Positions 38,546 through 51,057 of a stretch of DNA of 64,000 bases are shown piece by piece. The notes below the pieces were generated by a model. It did no database searches. It saw only the letters and a program-made list of their open reading frames with translations, and had not been told where the DNA came from. The translations under genes and the position numbers were made by a program. The DNA comes from Octopus bimaculoides (lineage: Eukaryota): positions 26,403,340-26,467,339 of the forward strand of contig NC_068998.1 of the NCBI RefSeq assembly GCF_001194135.2, given 5' to 3'. The first letter of the stretch is position 1. Each line of letters starts with the position of its first letter.

Positions 38546-38731
38546 TTACGGTCACGCGCTATTTGCTTCTCATTTTTTGGTATCTACATACCGGATGCAA
38601 CGCGTTATGGATATTATAAACGTTAACCATAGCTTAGTCTTCCCTGATTTATCAGCTTGCAACCGTTTATTTAAAGACCACCCCTCACTACCATTATATT
38701 GTAATGTATCATTGCAATGTGAATGTCGTAG
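38546..38731 (+). CDS. Candidate symmetric (phase 2-2) 186-nt exon, YGHALFASHFLVSTYRMQRVMDIINVNHSLVFPDLSACNRLFKDHPSLPLYCNVSLQCECR
   Basis: TAATTTTCACTAG acceptor and TAG|GTAAAG donor; only one frame is open across the exon. Confidence 0.3.
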
Positions 38732-39439
38732 GTAAAGTTTTACCTGACATACTAAATGAGAGAATAAAGTGAGCGAGGGATACGAAAAAAATCGAATGCA
38801 TGTGGCAGAAAGAGAGAGAGAGAAATTTAATGACAAAAACATGCAGTGAGTGGGAGGAAAAAGTGGGGTTAAGTGAGGAGGAGAACGAGAAGGGAATATA
38901 AATCTTTATAGGAAATTGATAGAACAGAAACTGAGAACAGAAAAAGAATGTAAAGGTAATGTAGTGTAGTCCTTGTGAGCTGAGGGAGAGAAATATACGT
39001 AGATGTGAGTGTCTGTGAGCGTTGTAAAGTTGAAGAGAAAAGGAAAGAGGAGGAAGGAATAAATAGGACAAGGAAAGACGGGAAAAGAGAGATCTAAAGA
39101 AATATGCGATAGTTGTGGTAAGAGGAGAGAATTAGAGAAAAGAAGGAAGAAAGAGAAATAGAAAGACACTCAGAGGCAGAGAGATTAAAAGCAAGGCCTT
39201 CACAGATAAAAAAAAAAACAAGAGAGAGAGAGAGAGAGGAGGTGTGTGTAGATGAGAAACAGAGAGGAGAAATGAAAGAGAGATAGCAATTAAGACTAAA
39301 ACAAACAAAAAAATATACATGAAAAGAAATATGTGTAAATGGAGACTGGAGACAGAAGCAAAAATAACACAAAAGGAAAACGAACAAGGAAACAAAACAA
39401 AACTAAATGATACGTAAGAGAAGAGAATGTAAAAAGAGG

Positions 39440-39490
<51 letters not shown>

Positions 39491-39586
39491 NNNNNNNNNN
39501 NNNNNNNNNNNNNNNNNNNNNNNNNNNNNNNNNNNNNNNNNNNNNNNNNNNNNNNNNNNNNNNNNNNNNNNNNNNNNNNNNNNNNN

Positions 39587-39637
<51 letters not shown>

Positions 39638-40344
39638 GTGAAAGAGAAAGAGAATGTGAGTGCATGCGCTTGTAAATGTAAAAAAGGCAAATTGTTTAAG
39701 TAGATAATAGCGTTGTAGTAAAGTTGAAGTTTGTCGTTATTGTATGACGCCCAGGGTAATTACTAGCACAGAGTGATAATTATCATGGAGACTTGTGCAA
39801 CTATTGCGACACTAAAATCTAATAAGTCAGTCACCATCGTTATTAACGGTCAGTGACTATAATCATTGTTGCACGGTTGCAGGAATGGTCTGCTGCACAA
39901 TTAATTGTACAGTCGTAGGGACAGTACGGTTGTATGCTTGTACAGTTATAACTTACTTTTAGTTAACTGTACCGCCGTGGAGTTGTAAAGGTGTATAACC
40001 GGTCAACTGTACGGTTATATAATTGTACATTTGCACAGTTGATCAAATAGTAAGGTTGGTGGTCAGGTCAACTGTACTATTCCATTGTGATAAGTTTGTA
40101 AAGCTGGATGACTGTACGGTTTTATAGCTGTAAGGTTGTACAGTAGGTCAACGGTAGTATTGTATAGCTGTAAGGCAATCCATCTAGTAAATTATACGGC
40201 TTTATAGTTGTAAAACAGTGCAGTGGTCGTATGTTTTGCTGATTGCAGCCAGTATTTGGGTAAAGAGATTGAGACAATAAAGTAATTTGACTGATTTTAT
40301 ATTACTAAGAAACGAAGCGAAAGAAACATCAGCAGCTGAGCCCG

Positions 40345-40401
40345 TAGTAGTAGTGGTGACAGTAGCAGCAACAACAGCAACAGCAGCGATAGTACTACTA
40401 C

Positions 40402-40461
<60 letters not shown>

Positions 40462-40735
40462 CAACAGCAGTAGTAGCAACAGCAGTAGTAGTAATACTAG
40501 TAGTAGTAGCAGCAGCGGCATTAGTAGTAGTAATAGTTGTAGTAGTAGTTGCAGTAGCGGCAGTAGCAGCAGTAGTAATAGTAGTAGTAGCAGCAGCAGC
40601 AGTAATAGTAGTAGTAGCAGCATTAGTAGGAATTATAGTAGTAGTAGTAGCAGCAGCAGTAGTAATAGTAGTAAAGCAGCGCACCAGCAGTAATAGTAGT
40701 AGTAGTAGTAGCAGCAGCAGCATTAGTAGGAATTA

Positions 40736-40777
<42 letters not shown>

Positions 40778-40778
40778 C
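40345..40778. repeat. Mixed (AGT/AGC/AAC/AAT)n trinucleotide array
   Basis: Direct reading. Confidence 0.95.
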
Positions 40779-40781
40779 GAT

Positions 40782-40902
40782 TTCAAATGTTGGCTTAAGG
40801 CCAGTAAGTTCTTGGAGAGGGGTAAGTCGATTGCATCGACCCTAGTGCTCAACTGATTATTCACCCCCGAAAGGATGAAAGGTAAAGTCGATCACGGCGG
40901 AA
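40782..40902 (-). mobile_element. SINE family A, 3' half
   Basis: TTTCAAATGTTGGCTTAAGGCCAG..CCCCGAAAGGATGAAAGGTAAAGTCGATCACGGCGGAAT. Confidence 0.85.
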
Positions 40903-41230
40903 TAATGATGATGTTGATGAAGAAGAAGAAGAAGAAGAAGGAGAAGATGATGATGATGATGATAAATAAATTTTTAAAAAACCAGATTATATGAATAAAA
41001 ATAAAAAACAAGCATCATTTCGTAATTTAAATTCTTTGAAGTTTAGTTGAGGTTGAAAATGAAAGTTTCTTAGAATTGTTGGAATTATTTTTAATCAATT
41101 CCAAAAGAGACGACAGAATGGTTTTGGTATCAATCTAACGGGGGGGGGGGATGCGGGAGCCGACGAAGCAGTTGTGGTGATGGTGGTGATAGTGGCGATG
41201 GTGGGTCGATGGCTGTGTATGTGCGTATGC

Positions 41231-41264
<34 letters not shown>

Positions 41265-41840
41265 GGTAGGATTCGGTGAGTGCGGTGGGGATTCGGTGCG
41301 AGGAGGTATTTTCTAAATGTCAATGTACTCGAGTCGTTGAGGTGTGTTGTTTCCGTTGAAGTTAACACGAAACGTTTGATAAATAATATAATTAAAGCTG
41401 CTTCTTTGAAAACTCAGGCTCAGACCACGAAAAGCGTTTATATATTAACGAGATAATTATGATTAAGGAGTTTAATTAACACGGGCATGCGTGAAGTGGC
41501 TGCAAATAAATTGCTTTGCTACGTTAATCAGAAAGTATTCATTAGAGTCCAGCAAATGAATACAGCTCACTCTAGTAAATAACTTCTGATGAGTTTCTTT
41601 AACTGTTGTTGTTGCTACTGCTGTCGAGGTGGTGGTGGTGGTGGTGGTAAGAATGGTGATATTGGTAGTGGTTGTGGTTGTGATGGCGGTGTCGATGGAG
41701 GGGACGGAGGCGGGAGTGATGGTCTTGGTGGTGGTGGTGGNNNNNNNNNNNNNNNNNNNNNNNNNNNNNNNNNNNNNNNNNNNNNNNNNNNNNNNNNNNN
41801 NNNNNNNNNNNNNNNNNNNNNNNNNNNNNNNNNNNNNNNN

Positions 41841-41978
41841 TAGTAGTAGTAGTAGTTGTTGTTGTAGTAGTAGTAGTAGCAGCAGCAGCATTAGTAGTAG
41901 TAGTAGTAGTTGTTGTTGTAGTAGTAGTAGTAGCAGCAGCATTAGTAGTAGTAGTAGTAGTAGTAGTAGCAGCAGCAT

Positions 41979-42011
<33 letters not shown>

Positions 42012-42035
42012 CAGCAGCAGCAGCAGCAGCAGCAT

Positions 42036-42070
<35 letters not shown>
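41841..42070. repeat. (TAG/CAG/TTG)n array
   Basis: Direct reading. Confidence 0.95.
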
Positions 42071-42071
<1 letters not shown>

Positions 42072-42074
42072 GAA

Positions 42075-44300
42075 CTGCTGCGATGCCACATATTTTCCAT
42101 AACGTCAGGAACCCACCCGTGTCAGGTTCCTTACCTACCATAATATCGCATGAGGTTAGAGTAATCGTGGATAGCACTATTCGGGTTGACGTAAGTCTCT
42201 GTATCACCGACCAGACCACCGATGACAAGAGCCCAAATTTCCCCTAAAGCCATGGCCAACATATCGATCTTTGCGTTTAGTTATAGGCCAAAATGATCTA
42301 TGTGGTACCCCTTCGTTCGGAACCTTTTTCATCTGTGCTGCTAACCCTCAATTCACAACAATGTGATTTCTCCAGTTGCGATAGACATCTGCCAGGTCTA
42401 TTCGATGGGCTCGAATGGGGTATGTGCACAACGCGGCAACAAAAGTCATCATTCGGTCTTCGATGAGTCATGATAGGCTATGTTACTTGATTATGAACTG
42501 AAATGTGTTGGATTGTAGGATTGATGCCTGCTTCGACGTCCTATCGTTGGGTGAATGTGGTGAAAGGCTGGTAATAGCCACTGCAATATGAAAAGAAATG
42601 ACTCGCTGCTTAAGGAGCAACTTGCCTCAGTTAATGAATATATACCAGACTTTTGTTGCCGCGTTGTGCCCATACCCCATTCGAGCCCATCGAATAGTTT
42701 TCTTTCCTTCCTGTCTTAGAGCACCCTTCTAACCAGCTCTTCTAAATTTCGAACTAGATCTCCCTGTCGGCTAATTTTTTCTGTCACTATTTCCATTACT
42801 GCAATCACTCTTTTCAGAGCTAAACATCATTCGCTTTGGCGATTGCCCCCGTCAGCTTCCGCTTAGCTAATTCAATAAAAATGTCTCTGTAAGCTTGCTG
42901 CGATGGTAAAGACAAGTCCAGCTTCCAGTAACTGGGTTGAGCAGATAATGTTCCAAAAGCAACCCTAATGCACATCCATCCACACTTATCGTTGATTTTT
43001 TTGTTGCTATGTGCTTATTGTTAATGACTTCCTTTTTCTATATCCGTGTTGCTACTGCAGTCCTGGCTATTGGGATGGATACAATTTAGGTTGCACTCGT
43101 GTTAGTAACGTTGGTATTGTCTGTGGTGGTGTTAGTTAAGGTGTTGGTGATGAGGTGGCGTTAATAGTGTTAGTATTGATGCTGTTGTTTTTATTGTTGG
43201 AGGTGGATAAAGGCATCTCTCCAATCCCTTCCAGACACTAATCCTTTGATATTTTGTTCCCTTTTTTTTCTTTTCTTTTGGATATTTTCCACTATTCAAA
43301 GTATTCATCGTCAACTTCGTCACATGGTATGTCTAAGTGGCCCGAAGCGAGGAAAGATATTTCTTAGGGAGTTTGTACTTTGTTCTGACGTTCTTTTTGT
43401 TGTTGTTTTGGGATTTTCCGTTGTTATTGTCGTGATGTCGGTAATGCGTTAGTCTTTGAGGGCAGATCCTGGTGTTTTTTTGTTGTTGTTGTTGCTTGCA
43501 ATGTTGGAATTGTTGTTGCTGTTGATGCTTTAGGTGCTGCTCACATTCTTGCAGCTGGGATTGCAACAACGGCTATTGCATTTCACGCTGTTGTTATTGT
43601 TTTTGTTGCTGTTGCTGTTGTAGTTGTTACTGGTGCTAGCGTATTTGATACTGTGGTGCTGGAAGTATTGGAGTGCATTCTTTCAGCGGCCACCTACTGT
43701 TGTTGCTGTTGGGGAAGAATGGCTTGAGGTGATCGGTGTTGCCAAAACTGTAGTATTTAGGTCTTTCACCACTCTTACCACCTCCAGCTGCTGTCGTCCT
43801 GGGATTTCTGTTTTGTCGAAGTTCCTATACAGTGCCTCAGGTTTCACCTAAGTCAGGATCTCTATACTTCATTCAACCCAATTAGATAGTTTCCTTTATT
43901 TCTAGCGTTGTGTATTAAGCTCTTCCAACACAACACAGTTCGCCACCCACCAGAATTCTAGTTCATGCCCATCCAATTATATGTTAGCAATTTTTACCCG
44001 GATCATTCGCTGTCCCAGGTAAATTAGTATAAGTGAAGTATCTTTTGATCGGAGTTTTCGAAGGAACATTTACTCATATACAGCCATACTTGTGTGATTT
44101 CTTCCCAAATACAAGAGAAATAACTTATGGAGAGGCGTATTATTTGAGCAAGTGTTTTCGCCCCGTTCTAAATTTTCAAATGATGCCATATTTAAAATTA
44201 GTGTCATATATATCCATCCTCTTCTAAAGAAGAATATGTCACTTAAATATCTTTCAGGGTTGACTCCAAATTGTGTTTAAATGGATTCAAAAAATCTGCT
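42075..44300 (-). mobile_element. Decayed, rearranged Tx1-clade LINE (ORF1 relic, EN-RT linker, RT N-terminus) with an internal inversion
   Basis: Minus-strand relics: YLGQRMIRVKI and ERPKYYSFGNTDHLK (ORF1 knuckle-like, 43700-44030), SYWKLDLSL..KLTGAI (42900) and LADVYRNW..LVIGGLVG..AIHD..LMRY (42075-42397). Segment 42398-42647 is in plus orientation. Confidence 0.7.
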
Positions 44301-44552
44301 GTCTTTCACAAGACACGGGTATGTTAATTTTTGCTGCTCACGGGCCTCTGTAATTAATTGTAGAAGGCTGGTTTTAGTTCGCAGCACAAAATATTTCCCA
44401 GTTTTTTTATCCCTCGAGTAAACATATCGCATCCAGAGTTTTCCCGTTGGACAAAACACTTGCAAAAGACGATTCATTGATGTTCGTGTTTACATACGAA
44501 GCGATATGCATATGCATATTGTTGTTGTTCTTCTTATTATCATATTTCTTCT

Positions 44553-44788
44553 TCTTGTTTTTTCTTCTTCTTCCTCCCCTCATCCTCCTCCTCTTCTTCT
44601 TCTTCTTCTTCCTCCTCTTCTTCTCCTTCCTCTTCCTCCACTTCTTCTTCCTCCTCCTCTTCTTCTTCTTCTTCTTCTTCTTCTTCTTCTTCTTCCTCCA
44701 CTCCTTCTTCCTCCTCCTCCACTTCTTCTTCTTCTTCTTCCTCCTCCTCCTCCTCCTCCTCCTCCTCCTCTTCTTCTTCTTCTTCTTG
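44553..44788. repeat. (CTT/CCT)n polypyrimidine tract
   Basis: Direct reading; mirror-repeat composition compatible with triplex DNA. Confidence 0.95.
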
Positions 44789-45165
44789 ACAAGATTTCTG
44801 CTCAGTTGACTTAGTGTTTATTATTAATGTTTTAGGTTGCAATTAAATGTGCATTTTTGTTGTTGCTTGTTTTCTGGGTGTGAAATTTATAGTTTTTGCA
44901 CTTTTTAAGTTTTCTTTCATTGGGCGTGGCGTGAAAAATTCATGCTCATCCCATATTTTGTGTGTATGGGTAACGGGAGGAGAGTAATATTATTGAGTCC
45001 GAAAATAAACAATCGTTGTGTTTTGTTTTCTTAGCCCAGGAAGAGTTGACAACAAACTGTATGAAGTCATCTGAATGCGAATATTATTGATAAAAAATCC
45101 ATTCCAGCTAGGAATATCTTTTGCTTTCCCGAGAGACTTGTGAAACACCTCTATTTGGTAAGCAG

Positions 45166-45167
<2 letters not shown>

Positions 45168-45235
<68 letters not shown>

Positions 45236-45260
45236 CAATAATAATAATAATAATAATAAC

Positions 45261-45306
<46 letters not shown>
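45168..45306. repeat. (AAT)n microsatellite
   Basis: Direct reading. Confidence 0.97.
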
Positions 45307-45309
<3 letters not shown>

Positions 45310-45351
45310 GTAGACGTATGAATGTATATAAATATATGTCTGTATATCTTT

Positions 45352-45693
45352 TATCGTTTGTTTGTTTCATTCATTAAGCTGCAGCTATGCGTCGGCATAG
45401 CCTTGAAAAGTTTTAGTTAGACGATTCAACTCCATTACTTATATTTTTAAAGCCTGGTACTTTTTTCTTTTGGTTTTTATGCCGAACAGCTAAGTTACAG
45501 GGTCGTAAACACACCAACACCGGTTGTCAAACGATGGTGGGACACACACACACATATACATATACAACAGATTTCTTTCAATTTTTATCTACAAAACCCA
45601 CTCACAAGGCTTTGGTTGGCCCAAGGCTATAGCAGAAGACTGAACCCATAACCATGTGGTTGAAAAGCTAACTTATTACCACATAACCACGCC
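45352..45693 (-). mobile_element. SINE family B, near full length
   Basis: Reverse-complement match to 28141-28528, including CACAAGGCTTTGGTTGGCCCAAGGCTATAGCAGAAGAC and ACCATGTGGTT. Confidence 0.88.
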
Positions 45694-46968
45694 TTTACGC
45701 GCGCGCGCGCACCCACACAGATCTGTATGGTTTTTAATTAATAATCGGCAAAAGTTACAAAGTGATTCAAGGGCCGAGAGCTTTGTGAGTTGATATATTT
45801 GATAAGTACTAATACACGAAACTCTCCTCCTTGAGTCACTCTGTAACTTCTGCCGATTATTAATGAAAAAATAATGTGTATATACTCATGTTTTGAGTCC
45901 CCTTTTCCTGTTTGCATCACCAGATCTAAATATATTTGTATCTATTCATAGATGTATGTGTGTATGTATATATGTATATATATGTGTATTTGTGTATATA
46001 CATATGTATATAACTACTGTCTGCAGGCAGTTTCCGTTTCCTATGCAGGCAAGGATTCCTCCACCTCTCTCCTAGAGATACTTTCGTGTTCTTTAATAAT
46101 TTGAAACACTACCAGGGTATATAGATATCAAGTTGAATTAAAACTTCACAAAGAAAATAAATTATTGAAAATTTTTCTATATTTCCATATCATTTAAAAC
46201 ATTTGATAAAAGATTTTTTTTCATTCAAAACAATTGAAATGCTTTACTACAATGGTAGGTCTTCTCTCTAGAATGTTTTTGCATTGATTCAAACATAATT
46301 CCAGAGACTCGTAAACAAGTCAATACTGGTATCGATAATTTTATATATTTAATACGAAAATTCTAATCATAAGGAAAAAAACCGCTTATAAAAATCAATT
46401 AAAAAGTGTTATCATTCATAAAGAATTATTTTTAAAAGCATCAAAATATGAAACATTTTCATATCGATTAAAATTTCATCTAGTAATATTAGCATACCAT
46501 CTATCGCATATTATACTAATAAATTACAATAAATATATCATATACAAAATAGTAGAGATGGAACGACCATGAGGATAAGCTATTGGCTACTGTTTTTTTT
46601 TTTATGAGCAGTTTTCTTGTGATTCAGTATACCTCATTGGCTCAGTATACCTAGTCGTCAACTAACAAAATGTCTGGAAATGTCAACCAGCGCAGGCCGA
46701 TGCTTTTGTCGATGGGCAAAATTTATAGCTAAGCTGCTTCAAGTCATGGAACGGAGAGGTAGCCCACCTTTACCTTAAAAAACCTTCTGGAGTCTTAAAA
46801 GACATATACACGCGCATTCAAGCCCCTCTCCACCAAAAATCATCCAAGCACACATACCCACACCCACCTACCACCCTACATTTATATACACATATTTATA
46901 TATACATATATATATATACACACACATTTATGTGTACATACAAACTACAACTTACATATAATTTCTTC

Positions 46969-47172
46969 TACTATTAGCACAGGGTCTGAAATTTGGTGGG
47001 AGGGAGCTAGTCGACTACATCGACTCCCGTAATTGACTGGTATTGATTTTATCGACCCTGAAAGGATGAAAGACGAAGTCGACTTCGTTGGATTTTGAAC
47101 TAGGAACAGAAGACCAGAAGAAATGCCGTTGAGCCTTACGTCCGGCGCAGTAACGATTCTGCCAGCTTGCCA
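46969..47172 (-). mobile_element. SINE family A, full length
   Basis: GCACAGGGTCTGAAATTTGGTGGG..ATCGACCCTGAAAGGATGAAAGACGAAGTCGAC..TAACGATTCTGCCAGCTTGCC. Confidence 0.9.
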
Positions 47173-47694
47173 CATTACAGTTTTATGTAACAGAATCGAT
47201 AAAAAGGGTACACTTAACTTGCCGGGAACAGTGAAAAATCGAGCGTTTCGGACATAATCCTTTCTCAGGAAAAAGTTAACAGGAGAGGCATTAATTTCCC
47301 TGAAGAAGGACTCTTTTCGAATCGTTTGATTTTCCATTCCTCACAGAAAGTTCACGGTGCTATTTTTTTTATCGATTTTACGAATTAATACGTCTTGCTG
47401 ACGCAAAACAGCACCGTCTCTTAGAAGCCAGTTTGACCGTATATATCACGAACGCAAATAATGACAGTTCCAAGATATTATAAATGCATTGTTCGAGTGA
47501 GTCTTAGAACAATAACCCGATATTTATTGTCAGTTATGTCAGGATATCAAAATTTCACTTGTACTCTAATTACATTTAAACTGATCTATTCCCAATATTT
47601 AATTAATAGAGGCTGATATATATGGTATCATCACAATAAAACATAAAGTGACAAGATTTCAAAATATTAGAATGAAATAATTAAGCATTTACAA

Positions 47695-47936
47695 CAGTGG
47701 TTCCCTTGGGGTGGGGCGGAAAGATCCGGAGTTGAGGGCGTCGAAGAAAAGTGGAGCGATAATCGGGTGTAAAAACAACAAAATAATGGGTTAATTCGGT
47801 TTTTATTTGTGAATACAGTTGTTTTGAATTTGCTAGAGAAAGTGGTCTATATCTGTGATGGTGAGTGGGGGAGCGGCGCTAGGAATGTGACCTAGGTACC
47901 TAGGGGCAGCAGCCCAAAAATGTTTCGGAGTCATTG
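47695..47936. mobile_element. hAT-like MITE (242 bp) with an 8-bp target site duplication
   Basis: Starts CAGTGGTTCCC and ends in decayed CGGAGTCATTG; flanks ATTTACAA / ATTTAAAA match 7 of 8. Confidence 0.65.
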
Positions 47937-47984
47937 ATTTAAAACATATAATTCAAATATTGTAAGTTGGTATATATATATACG

Positions 47985-48120
47985 ACGGGCTTCCGTACAA
48001 TTTCCCCTTACAAAATTCATTCACAGGTTGTTGGTCGGCCTGAGTCTATAATAGAAAGCATTTGCTCGAGGTACCGCAAAGTAGGACTGAAACAATATGT
48101 TTGCAAAAAGAAGTTCTCGT
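47985..48120 (-). mobile_element. SINE family B, 5' fragment
   Basis: ACGACGGGCTTCC..ATTCACAGGTTGTTGGTCGGCCTGAGTCTATAATAGAAAG. Confidence 0.7.
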
Positions 48121-48324
48121 TAGAAAAAGAAAATTCTACAAAAGTATTGGCTGAAGGAGTATCACTCAATTATGTTCGGTCAATATAATTGCAATTGTCT
48201 GAGATGAGCAGAATTCACTTTCTTGTCTGTATGCTTAAAGTTATTGGACTACAATCGTCAGCCTAGAAATTAGTGCGATTGTTCACAGACTGGAATGAAG
48301 AATTGTTGCCATATCTAATGTTCA

Positions 48325-48381
48325 TAATAATAGTGATAATGATGATGATGATGATGACGACGACAACGACGATGGTGGTGG

Positions 48382-48471
<90 letters not shown>

Positions 48472-48492
48472 TGATGATAATAATAATCATAA
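48325..48492. repeat. (GAT/GGT/AAT)n array
   Basis: Direct reading. Confidence 0.95.
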
Positions 48493-49109
48493 TATTCTTG
48501 AGTAATCTTTTTTTTTAATATTATAATTTTCTAGGATGCACTTGTATGAAATGTGATAATTTGTATCAAATAACTAAATATTAATTAGCAGTTATCCACT
48601 TGCCTAATTAACTTCTCAAATTTCCATACAAGAACGCAGATTTCTGTAATATTATATACAACAGCATTATATGCGTGCGTGTGTGTGAGTGTGTGTGTGT
48701 GTGTGTGTGTGTATGCATGTATGTGTGTATGTATGTATGTATGTATGTATGAGTATGTGAATATGTACAAGAAGAGGGAAAGAAATATCATTTGGATGCA
48801 TTAGGTATTGCTACCTGTTGGAAAGAGAGAACTCAATACGTTGGGAGAAAAAGATTTATTGTCCGATTCCACGAAAATGTGCGCGTTTGAGTGCGCGTGT
48901 GTGTGTACGCACGCTTGTGTGTGCGTGTGTGTGTACGCACGCTTGTGTGTGCGTGCGTGTGTGTGTGTGTGTGCACGCGCTTCATTTTTTAGTTCCTTAG
49001 TATGTTACAGTCATCACGTCTAAGGTCAGCCAGATGTCACACGCAATTCATTGTTAGGTTTCCTTGTTTCTGAGCATCGTAAGGTTTCCGATTATGGTGC
49101 TGTGATTCT

Positions 49110-49166
<57 letters not shown>

Positions 49167-49842
49167 TCATATACGCGCGCGTGCACACACATACACACAC
49201 ATACTCATACACATACACACATACACACACTCACATATAATTCGTGTGTATGTGAGTGTGCGTGTGTCTATCTGTCTGTCTGTCTGTGAGTGGGTGAGTG
49301 TTGTTTCCTGTTCATTTATTGACAACTCTTGGTAAAACCCGAGGCAATTCCCGGCTTACAAACTAGTTGCGCTGTTTCGGTCTTTAAATCGGATTTATAT
49401 GTCAGTCGGAAGAGTTAAGTACACTTCGTATAAGTTTGACAAATGTTTGCCTTTGTATATAGTATATATTCTACTTAAAACTTAGTATTGCCCTCACAGA
49501 TACACGAACACAACAGTGGCTAGAGTTATAATATTTATCTATATTCCCTACCGCATAAATGATAAAATAGTCTGCATTCAAGTTGGTAGGAGTTGGCAGA
49601 AAAATATGTATTGAACTGTTTGAAAAAACAATGGGAGAAATATGCATATGAATCTAGCTTGCTGTCTAATTTGAAACGAACTAAGAAGTTTTACAGCTTC
49701 TATCTTTTTTCTTCTTAAGATTAAAATGCTCTCATTCTCTTATCTGTAAGCCACACGGAAATTTATCAATCTTTTCAAGTCTTATCTAATTTTATAAATA
49801 CTCTTTCAAGTATTTTTATGTGGTTAATCCTCTGGAACACCT

Positions 49843-49885
49843 TACAACGATGAGGAAACGACATTTCCGAAATCGGCCGTCTGTG
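49843..49885 (+). ncRNA. Degenerate minimal hammerhead-like motif
   Basis: TACA / ACGATGA / GGAAA-cgaca-TTTCC / GAAA / TCGGCCG / TC / TGTG. Confidence 0.5.
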
Positions 49886-50590
49886 ATTATGGAGAGGATA
49901 AATACTAAAATTTTAAAAGAAACTAAATTATTAAAAATAGATACCGAAATTGAAGTGGCGTTTTATAATTATTTTATGAAGAGAGAACAATAGAGAACAT
50001 TTCCAGCAAACTGCACAAGCAGAAGAATCGGCCGTAGCAGCCGCCCCGCTCTAGTTGTTAACTACCGCAGTGAAAATTCGAGATGCTAGTGTTGGCGGCA
50101 GTGGTGGTGGTCGTGGTGATTGCCGTGGTGGTGGTCGTGGTGATGGAGGCGTTTGGTGGTACGCAAAATGCCTGACTTGTAGATGAGTTGGTGGTAGAAG
50201 TATGCGATTGTTGTTACTCTTAATGTAACTGTTGGTTGTTGTTGCTGTTTTTGTGGTGGTATTGGTGATTATGATGGTAATGGTGGCGTCGTTGTTCTTC
50301 TTGTTGTTGCTAGTGGTAGTGGTCATGATAGTGGTACCAATGACATTATTTTTCCTCAATTATGTGTGGTGTCAGAGCAGCAATGGTTGTTGTAGCCGAA
50401 TAGGTAACTAAGAAAGGAACGAAATGCGTCTTCTATGAAAACTCAGCCGCCTCAAAGCCTGTTTCTGCCCTCAGCATTCCCTCTTTCTGGTTGGGTGGGA
50501 AATTTGCAGCCACATGTGTTCAGTAAGATAAAATCCATATATAAACATAAATACATAATACAAAAATGTGTGTATATATATATTGTCAAG

Positions 50591-50984
50591 CGTGGCTCTG
50601 TGGTAAGAAGTTTTCCTCCAAACCACATGGTTCCGTGGTCAATCTCACTGTGTAGCACTTTGGGAAATTGTCTTCTACTATAGCCTTGGGCCGACGAAAG
50701 CTTTGTGAATGGATTTGGTAGACGGAAACTGAAAGAAACTTGTCGTATATATGCGTGTGTGTGTGTGTGTGTGTGTTTGTGTGTTTTTGTCCGCCCACCC
50801 ACTGCTTAACAACCAGTGTTTGTGTGCTTTATGTCCCCGTAACTTAGCGATTCAACAAACAAGACTGATAGAATAAGTACCAGTACTTTAAAGAATAAGC
50901 ACTGGGATCGATTCATTCGACTAAAATTCTTCAATGCAACGCCCCAGCACAGCTGCAGTTTGTTGACCGAAACAAGTAAGATAA

Positions 50985-50990
<6 letters not shown>
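50591..50990 (+). mobile_element. SINE family B, full length
   Basis: GTGGCTCTGTGGTAAGAAG head, AACCACATGGTTCC, GGATTTGGTAGACGGAAACTGAAAGAA and tail CCGAAACAAGTAAGATAAAAGATA. Confidence 0.9.

Positions 50991-51057
<67 letters not shown>

Noticed and set aside
44277-44477. 66-aa minus-strand ORF as a host exon
   Set aside because: Adjacent to and collinear with Tx1 ORF1 relics; no independent support.
46560-46805. Possible retroelement end or HDV-like ribozyme
   Set aside because: A nested double pseudoknot could not be assembled by eye, and there is no second copy in the window.
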